DNA of 64,000 nucleotides from NCBI GenBank assembly GCA_964247055.1, contig OZ176059.1, positions 2,356,001 to 2,420,000 on the forward strand. Reading direction: 5' to 3'. Origin of the DNA: Paragordius varius. Taxonomy: Eukaryota > Animalia > Nematomorpha. Made by a program: the position numbers and the translations under genes. The notes under the pieces were generated by a model. That model was not told where the DNA came from and made no database searches. It saw nothing but the letters and a program-made list of their open reading frames with translations. Positions 54,424 through 64,000 of this stretch are shown here, piece after piece; position 1 is the stretch's first letter, and each line of letters starts with the position of its first letter.

Positions 54424-57400
54424 ATATCGAATGAAAGATATATCTTAGGGTAAAAATGTAATTAGTTTTTAATATTTATATATATATATAATTACAACTT
54501 TTTAAACCAAATTATTATAAATGAACCGATATAATCTAATTGTTTTTCAAAAGTTAGTCAGTCATATTACTTTATAAACAGTTAATTGCTGTAAAATAAA
54601 TTTTGGACTTATAGTTCCAATATCTTTGGGTTATACTAAAGCGCCGCTGGTATCCAACATTTTATATTTGAAAAAAAACATATTGGAAAAACTAATAACA
54701 TTTCCTCCTCGAAAAGTTGTCACATATATGTGCAAAATTCAATCATCTTATATATAGGATTTATACCATTGTGGGACATTGCCTTCATTACAATCCACAT
54801 TTTGTGCGTTAATATTAGTAAAGTCATTCAATTTTTCACACCTATGTGTACATGGACCAGGTGTTCTCAAATATACATCATCCTCAATACCCATACTACA
54901 TTCCAGCCATGGTGTAAAGGTAACAAAACTTTCCAATCGTTTTGGTACACGTTCAATCACATGGTAAAAAATGAGTGGATTTGCATTGATTTCACTATCA
55001 CTTACAATATCATTATTATTATTATGATCTTGAGCACTTTTTTCACCTTTTTTACCATCATTACAAGGGTTTGATGGTGGTTTTAACAGGTCATGGGTCA
55101 GTAAATGTCTAATACTTTTGCATGATGTTGTGAGTAAGGGTGACTTTGGTAATCCTTTGCAATTGCTTGTGTTTGAAGGATGAATGGGAATTGAATTTGT
55201 ATTCATATTCGTTTGATTTGATCCGTGGTTTGTTGGATAATTGGTATAAGTTGCTATGAATGGTAATTCCATCTATGAGCATACACATATGTGTGTAAAC
55301 ATATTAATGTAAATGAGTAATAAGTAATGACCCTAAAAATATGCGAATTCATTAGAAATGGAAGTTTTCCATACAGTTAGTTACTTACCTACCCCTAAGG
55401 ATTTTGAAACATTACCAAAAACAAAACTTATTAACTTGTGCTGGTCATCATTATCAAGCACTTTTTAAAATTTTCAGTCTCAATCATAGTATTTAAAATA
55501 GAGGTACCTTTAAATGCGCCCGCGAAAAATTTGGAATCCATAATTTACAAAAACACGCTCATATAATATTAGTAAAATTAATGATTCTTTGACAATTTTT
55601 TCCAAATAATTCTATCCAAATAACAAGAAAACGAAGCAAAATTGTTACATCCCGTTTTAATTTGCAGTTCTTATGTTTGAAATCTAATAAACTATTTATG
55701 AATGACCATATATATTTTAAATAATGCGACCCGCGAGGCCATCTGTTTTGCATTCCTGATTTAAGACATAAAAAATGTGCGGATGTGGGCACTAAATCCA
55801 TATAATATAACAAAAAAATTTCTTTTTTTCACATTTTGATAACAATCTGTAAAATAATGGTAACATTAATTTTGGAAATACGATATATATTATAATTCAA
55901 ATTTAAATTAAAACATTTTATTTTATTAACAAATATAAATGCGTTATGTGCAATTATATAATTTTTCCAACAATACAGGTGACTGTTAAATCACTGCATA
56001 TATATATATATATATATTTCTAATGTAAGCAAAAACACATGTATATTAAAGTCAAATTTTGGTTAGTTATAAAGATACTACTCATAATTTATATAAACTT
56101 AATCAGTAATTCTAATAACCTTTATATGTTCACGCCCCCAACAAATTGATAAAAAGATTTTTGCGCCCCCTTCCCCTTCCCTAAAAACAAAATGATTAAA
56201 AAAGTAAAATTTATCTATTATAAAAATCATAATTGATGATTGAAATCCTTGTATCTGTGTTGTAATATTATTTTTCCCCATGGGGGACAAATCCTAATTT
56301 TTTCCACCTGAGATCCTTATTAAACTTTTATTTGTCACTAGTTTTATTGATTTGAATCAACACTGATAATTTATATTAAATTAAATAAACTAATTATCAA
56401 TCAATAGTAAACCTTATGATTATTAACATAAATTTAGGGTGATTTTTTTAAAATTTTCACACCGCCCCCTAGATTTTTCTTTGGAAAAAACCATTAAATT
56501 AAATATTTTGTTGGGCCATTTTTTCAAATTTAACAAAATATAAAAAGGGAAATAAGAAACACACCTTAATGTCAAAAAAATTATATGGTAAATGGGTTTT
56601 TGAATCATTTTCGTTTCTCCAATCCTCCTGTTGGCCCCAATCATGAAAAGATTGAAAAATGTCACCAGTATCGTCGGTTTGACTTAAATTTTCATTAACG
56701 CTACTTATGGATGATTTCAAGGAAGCCGGGCTAGTGTTTGATGTAGTAGAATTATTCTAATTAGATTATATATAAATATACCATTTACGAACAACTTAAA
56801 TTCACCTTTGAACAATTCAAATTCACCCTAAAAATAAATTATGTATTTTTTTAAATTTAAAGTTACCTATATTTTTATTTTTTAAAAAAATTTGTTTAGA
56901 ATTAAAATAATAAACCATGCTATAAAGATATATTACATATTAATAATGGGTTATATTAGTTCGAAAACACATAATAATTGTTTTTTTAGGGTGAATTTAA
57001 ATTGTTTGAGGGTCAATATGAACTGTAAATGGTATATGTAAATTTGGAGAAAAAAACTGTTTTTTATAGATAGATAGATAATAATAAATGAATAAATCTC
57101 ATTACTTTATCCAAAGGAGTGTTAGCAAAGTTTGTGCTGGATAGGGAATCGGCAAACAAAGCATTACTAAACCGTAATAAATAAAAAATAAAGGTACATA
57201 AGATAAGTGATGAATATACCATCAAAATTTAATGCGATAAAGCATAAAAAGTAAAAAAACTATATATTTTTGCGTAAAATCAACCATATTTTTGGGTGCA
57301 TATTTTTTACTCTATATATAAAAAATTGAGTTTGTTAGCAATTCTTTTGTCTAAATTTACATTTAAAAGTTCCAAATTAGTAGATTATACTAAATTCATA

Positions 57401-60056
57401 AAGGTGGAAGGTTTTTCTTCATGCAAAAATAATACTTTTTAGGTTTTTACTTTAATTTAAGACAGAGGGTAAAATACCCCCAGCAAAATTAACATTCTTA
57501 CATATAACCCGAAATGCTTAAATTTAAATCTCATGTGAAGTCAAATGTATAACATTTAATAATTCATTTTGCGTTTGCTCTAAAAAAATAAACAGTCTTA
57601 TCAATAATACTTTTCCAACTTTTTTTAATACCATTTTTAAATTTACATCTAATTAGAGGAGAAAACGCCATCTTTATATTTAAACAGGTAGGCATATAAG
57701 TAAGAAGTGTGTGTGTGTGTGTATAAACCTGAGCCATGTTTCATCATACATAATATTATGATTATCCATATTAATATCATCACCAGCGTTCATTTTACTG
57801 GTACACGGTAGTTGATCCTCATAATTGGATTTATCAAATAAATCACCGCATTGTAGGGTGAAAGGAGAATTATCAATACCTACAACATTATCATTGATTA
57901 TTTCTTCCTTTAAGTTATGTTGCGTTAAATATTGTTGCCATTTTGGAATTGTTGGGGTAGGGGTTAGGGTAGGATTACACAAGATTTTCTTGTCGATTAA
58001 ATACTTTTTTGGTGAAAGATTAAACATATCATCTACTATAGTATTGTTGTTTCCATCATTAATCCCTTCTGTTTGATCATGAGTATTGGGGCTGGTATTA
58101 AGGAAATATATATGATCTACGTTTGTTCGTGATTGTACACTAGTTAAGCTATGTGGTGTTTCTTTATTAACATTGGTGCTAATACACAAATTCATATTAT
58201 GATCCATAGTATTTTCCAATTCAATTTGATAATTCTTATGTGCTGAAAGGTCATCTACAATGTCATTTGTGTCGCTGTTTTCGGTTAAACAATTTGTATT
58301 TTGAATCGTAAGTAGATGAAAGTTTTGAGACGTGTCTTGGGGGGGCTGGCATAAATACTGAGGTTTTTCCACCAATAAAGTTGTCTGATGACAAGTTATT
58401 TCACTTTGGGTTTGAGATGGAGTTGGATATTGCAATTGTGACTCTGTGGTTGGTTTGCGTGTTTGTAAAGGATTAAATTCTTTTGAAAGTGATGATGATG
58501 ATGATGGTGGCGGAGGTGTTGAGCAAACGCTATAAATTAATTGTAATGGTAAATAACGGATTGGTTATGTATTGTAATAACAGTTGTTAAAATCCGTAAG
58601 ATAACGATAAAGGAAAATTAAATAGAATTAATCATATGGTTAAAATTATTTAATGGTTAAAAAAAATTTTTTCGTAACTCTTGTCAAATTTGTCATATTA
58701 TTAACACGACCGGTGTCTCAATAAAATAAATGTCATTTACGATTTTACCTCCTGTTTTTCGAGAATATCTTATTAAAGATATATAACCGGCATATCCCCA
58801 TACGTAACCGCCTGAAAATTGTTAAAAAAATTTTTTTAAACACTTTAAACACTTTGTTTAATTTTTTCGTGCATAGTTTTGGCTAAAGGTGTAAATGTAA
58901 AATTATTTTTTTTAAATAAATGATGCATATGTTTTGGAGCATTTCAATAAAACTTAACATCAGTCATTTTCCTGATATAGTATTGATTTGTGCAAAAATG
59001 TTTTTCAAAGTACAAGAGAAGTCAAAATATATCATTTTAGAAATTGAATGGGAATTATATTTTTTCAATTGTAATTAGCAAAGAGACATGCACTTATATT
59101 AATATAGGGCTGTGCTATTTCTCTGCCTTAAAAGTCAAAAATTAAAAGAGATATCTTTTGAGTCTTCAGCAAAGTTATCCAAAACCTAATCATTAAAATC
59201 TAATATATACGCAGCAAGATTAAAGGAAAGGAATTAAAGGTACATTTAAGAGCGCCGTACAAAATTGCTTATTTAATATATCTACATCATTTTAAGTGTT
59301 AATTGACTTTTGATTCCTAATAGTTTTGGGTGACTGCGAAAATTTTTTTTAAAAAAAGCTCGCAATACCCCTGATATAAAAAATAATTAAAATATTTTTA
59401 TAACATCAAACATTCATAATATAATAAAAAACGATAAAAAATGGGTCTTTTTTGTGTCCGATTAAATCATATACATACCGCACATTACATTACATAACCA
59501 ACGTTTTTTATAAATTTTATTAATTTATAGAGAAGATAAACACCTACCATACTTAACGCTTTCCATATGCGAGTTAAAAAATGCAAAAATATTGATTAAA
59601 CATTAGCTTGTAGATATAATCAATTCAAAATATTAACCACAAAAATTTTTTAAATAAAGCCCTCACTTTTCATGAGTCGTAGTAATGTTTTGTAGGTTCA
59701 AATTTTCAATCCTTTGTTCAATCGCATTATCAGTTTCAGTTGTATCTTTAACAGGGTTAGGTTTAATAACACAATTTAAGGTTAATTCACCTCCAGCCGA
59801 CATATCAATTGTGACGGCATCAGATGATTTTGGAGTTAAAGAACTGGACTTAACATTTACATTTAAACAACTTTTTTTCATTACGGTTGACATGGATAGT
59901 TGTGGAGATGGCTGATAATTAGCCAATATAAAATTTGTGCGGTAATTAACATTGATACTTAAAACGTAGTAGATTGTTTTTGTTGTATCGGTTAATGTAT
60001 CCCCATTATGTTTGGGCAGTATAGATTGTGATGTAGATATATCAAAATCCTGATAT

Positions 60057-60103
<47 letters not shown>

Positions 60104-62193
60104 GAATATACCATTTAAACGTCAAATTCACCCTTGAACAATTCGTATTCACCCTAAAATAAATTATGTTTTTTTAAGATTAAAAATTACCTTTATTATA
60201 ATATTTTTATAATATGATATTCTGTTTAAAATTATCGTAAAAATATATTTCATATTAATGATGAGTTAGATTATCCCGAAAACACATAATTAGGGTGAAT
60301 TTGAATTGTAAATGGTATAAATTTTGCCGTCGTATATGGTTTCATTTGGCTATACTTATCAGTTATTTTTAGGTAAAAATTAGTTTATTTATATATTATC
60401 AAATTTTGTACCTGTTATGGAACATTTAAGAAAAAAACACACATTGGCCAAAAAAAGAAATTTTTTGCAAAAATCCTCCAAAAAAGTAAACGTGTGACAA
60501 ATGACTCTTTAAAAAAGGTATTATTGTAAAATATAATTTTATACTTACGCGATTTAACTCAAAAGTTTGGTTAGGGTTTCTGGAATTTTTTGTGGAATCT
60601 ATATATACAAAATAAATTTGTTAAAAGACGATAAGCGTGCTCTAATATTAATAGTCAAAACAAACATATTATAAATGTATTGTTATAATAGCATACCTTG
60701 AGATTCTTGTTGACTTAGTTGATATTCAATGTTGCCAATCGTTAACTTTTTATAATCTTCACCTTTGTATATATTTAATTATAATATTATAAAAAGCAAA
60801 TGATAATGTAAAACAGGGAATGTCCCACACAAATGGCTTCGAGGGCCGCATTTTGCACCTAAAAAAACCGACGGGTCGTATTCGAAAGATATATGGGCAT
60901 TAATGAACATTTTATTAGATTTGTAACATAAAGGGTATAAATGTAAATAATTTACTAATATAACGCTCATTTACATTAACAATTTGTTGTTAAATCATTG
61001 CCAAAATAAAAAGATGTATTCAACACTCTTAAAAGTGTTAATAACCTAAAATTAATGCAAAAATAAAAAATTGAAAAATAAATAATAATTAAAACATTAA
61101 CATGATTTTGATTCACTTTTCTAACGGTTATTTTTCTTAAGTTATATTTATAAATATTGAAAGAAATATGATTGGTTATATTTAAAACGGTTGCTTTATT
61201 ACTTAATTTATAAGCGGTCAAACCTAAACTTAGTTAGAACCATAAATGACTGCACTCAGAAGCGGGAATTTAACCGTGTATTATAAGGACAAAACTTAAA
61301 TTTACCAATATGTTTTTTTAAATGCAGTCATAACCCTTGATAATTTTATGATATAACACCAGTAATGTCAAATTTTATATATCAAATCTAGTGCGTTAAT
61401 AATTTACATCTCTCTATTGTTTATACGTAACCCCCAAACGATAAGTAATATTTCAAAAAAAATGTGTGTTTTTAGTTATTATGCATTGCCTTTACAACTT
61501 TGATTTTTACTTTTAGTATTTTAACGGACTCAAAAACAATATATGAAAAAGATACCTAAGGCTTCAGTAAATTTAACATCATTTCGACGTTGAAAACCAT
61601 GAATAATTCGATAACAAATGGCATATGTTGAATCTGGAAAACATTGATATCTGGCTATCCGATATCCCGGTAATGACCGGGAAATAGATATGAGGGCTTT
61701 TAACACTACACCTAAACGTTCGTACAGCATATTTATCACTAAAGGGTGATCATTTTTAAGGCTTGATTGTGCTTTACTCTTGTTAAAATTTGCTGATGAT
61801 AAATCATATATAGGATTTGACTGTTTAGGAGCACATATAATATGCCAATATTCGAGTATGAGGGTATCTTGATCGGTTGTTTTAAGGGATATTTCTATGC
61901 ATATGTCATTTAGATCAAAGTTTTCGAGATCATGAGTATTTAAGAGTGATGACTCAGTATTTAATAGAACACTTCCAAGTTGCTCATTAACATCAGGTAG
62001 ATTGAGTATTGATAAATTAAACTACAATATTTAACAAGGATATCAATACCCATTCATGACCATCCAATGGCTTTGAATATGTGCTAATAATTTCACCAAG
62101 CCGTGATTGTACAATAGTTTGAGCAGATTTATATATGAAATGCTTTAAAAACTTTTGAATATTAGACGCATTCTCGCAAAACGGTTTATTCAT
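54139..62193 (-). CDS. Atg13: Autophagy-related protein 13; complement join(62050..62193,61556..62021,60697..60762,60549..60598,59667..60049,57729..58529,56565..56730,54767..55272,54139..54316), 2760 nt, ~919 aa
   Basis: HORMA motifs: KFLKHFIYKSAQTIVQSRLGE, HEW|FNLSILNLPDV, ICIEISLKT..DTLILEYW, LYERLGVVLKALISISRSLPGYRIARYQ, YAICYRI, LGEDYKKLTIG, LSINVNYR. These parallel metazoan ATG13 as recalled ([50 protein letters not shown]). The C-terminal ELPF and IFYHVIERVP segments resemble DIPF and TFYREFQNPP. All eight introns are GT-AG with consistent phases (0,1,1,0,2,2,0,2). The HORMA exons are secure; the C-terminal exons are less so. Confidence 0.85.
56781..57032. mobile_element. MITE family A in Atg13 intron 6
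   Basis: tata|ccatttac ... gtaaatgg|tata. Confidence 0.8.
60111..60315. mobile_element. MITE family A in Atg13 intron 4
   Basis: tata|ccattta ... gtaaatgg|tata, with reduced unit number. Confidence 0.78.
62022..62049 (-). other. 28-nt GT-AG intron in Atg13 (gtattgatatccttgttaaatattgtag)
   Basis: Its removal joins ...GHEW to FNLSIL in frame; retention gives a stop after 11 codons. Confidence 0.8.
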
Positions 62194-64000
62194 TATGTCA
62201 AAAGGCCCACTAGCCTATTACCATGTGATTATATGCGTTTCTTCGAAGACTAATGATGTGCATATGTACCATTCTTTGTAAGTTATATGGATGCATAGCT
62301 TTTGATATTATTAATTATGCCATCCTATTTTTAACAGACATCTTAAATACCCAAAGCTAAATAAATAATTTTGAAAATAGTTAGGATATTAAGACAAATA
62401 CAAATATACGCCTGAGTGCATCTAACGAAAAAATTTTCATTCTGCCATTTTTAGCAATTTTTATGCCGCTAATCAGTAAATTATTAGATTAATAAATCCC
62501 GATAATTATTATCATAGGTTCTGCATAACAGAAAAACCTTTCGCATTTCAAATATCTTACAAATATTAATATATAACTACAGTATCGTGACCAGATATTT
62601 TTTTTAACGGAGTACAAAATTTAAACATATTTTGCCTGTTTTTACAACAACGGTGTGGTATATTACACAGGTTCTACAAAAAATACCCTGATTAACTATA
62701 CAGATTCTTATAGGAAATCAGAATTATCATACTTTTGGTTTCAACCTTTACGAGTTAAGGAAGTTAGTTACACTTTTGTGGTAAGGGCTCAGTATAAAAT
62801 TGCAAAGGTGGACAATATTTCAAATTTTTTCAAAAGCTAATTGCTTTATTTAAAATATATCACTAAAATATATCATATATAACAAATCAAAACAATATTT
62901 TTAAAATTTTAAATTTTTAGATGTGGGCTCTGAAACCAAATTTTTTGGCTCTTTTGAAATAGACTATTCTCTTAAAATAAACGCAAAAATTGCATTGTGC
63001 AATATTTTAAATATAGGCTAAATTTTGACATCAACCAAATATATTTTTAGAAAAATGCATATTTTCAAAAATTTAATTTTTAGCAAAATTTTGTTGAAGT
63101 CAAAACACTATTTTGAGATGGAAAAGATAAACGGTTGAGATGTTATATATAATTTGATAATGCTAATACACCCAAAATTTTGATTGAAATATTAGTTCGT
63201 TTTCAAATTTATGTTAATAAAATTGGTTTTTTTACAAATTTACCAAAGCAAACACACTAAATTAAAATTCTTATAGTAATGTTCAACATCATCGAATTAT
63301 TTAGAAAAAGGGTTTTATATCTCAAATCGTTATGCAGTTTCCATCATTCATCGAAATAGTTAAAAGTACGCTTTAACAAACTCAAATATGTTTATGCAAA
63401 AAATTAAGAAAACTAATAAAAAAAAAGTTTAAATCATACCTCCCACCTAATGAGTATAGAAAATGTAACTCTGAATTAATTTATACGAAAAAAAGGTTGA
63501 AATCATATACCATATATAATAAATAAATAATATATTACGGGAATAACAATTTTATATATAATTTTCCGTTTGGTAATTATGACAAAAAATGAACTTTTCT
63601 AAGCTTGATCAAACGTTTATTAAAATAATCTAAATTAATTTTGTTAATTTTAAATTTTGAGGCTCTTTTTGCGGAAGTCCTGAGCGAAAGAGCCATTAGC
63701 CTGAATCTTGCGGTGGAATCCGAGATTTATAGTTTATCACTGCGCGAAAGGCTGAATCATAAGCAAATTGACCGATCCGAAATCCAATTTTCTGTATAAT
63801 TCGAGCAGGAAATAAAAAAATAATCATTTTAAAATAGGCCCATTCTTAGTTATTTACCGCAAAATAAACCATTTCTTTACAAATTAGGGGTTTTTTTTAC
63901 AGAGGGTACCATAAAACATAAAATAACTTTTTTGAATAATAAAAGGTATTTAATATATATTTATAAAAATTATATTTTTTATATCTTCCAAAAGCAGTAT

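Noticed and set aside
61530-61739. ORF initially resembling a LINE reverse transcriptase
   Set aside because: It is the central Atg13 HORMA exon, open from 62021.
62030-62043. AT-AC intron starting at ATATCCTT inside the 28-nt intron
   Set aside because: Any downstream AC acceptor would delete the conserved FNL motif.
10447-62193. Functional gene cluster (FoxB-egh-E74-Atg13)
   Set aside because: I know of no shared pathway or conserved linkage; proximity alone is not evidence.
63676-63755. Hammerhead or HDV-like ribozyme; U4, U3 or 5S similarity
   Set aside because: CTGA...GAAA is present but the CUGANGA core is not, the P1.1 GG is absent, and the snRNA/5S matches are only short words. Kept as an unassigned structured element.

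Overview
Very AT-rich eukaryotic (invertebrate animal) genomic DNA; nothing prokaryotic, and no rRNA, tRNA or CRISPR array was found. I reconstructed four spliced genes by hand, with GT-AG junctions that keep frame throughout. (1) FoxB forkhead factor (+, 2 exons, 10447-13021, ~807 aa). (2) egghead/bre-3 beta-1,4-mannosyltransferase (-, 7 exons, 25369-15804, ~1082 aa). (3) E74/ELF-type ETS factor (+, at least 6 coding exons, 41412-48622, ~886 aa). (4) Atg13 (-, 9 exons, 62193-54139, ~919 aa), whose HORMA exons are mostly missing from the ORF track. FoxB, Egh and Atg13 are inflated well beyond their usual lengths by Asn/Ser/Thr-rich insertions, several inside folded domains and partly encoded by 50-66 nt micro-exons. 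The most unusual single observation is a 28-nt GT-AG intron needed to build the Atg13 HORMA domain. Non-coding DNA holds several MITE families, Helitron-like elements with internal ~312-bp (2x~156) satellite arrays, LINE and gypsy relics, and many (TA)n tracts. Family assignments rest on recalled motifs, not database searches; exon models need RNA-seq confirmation.
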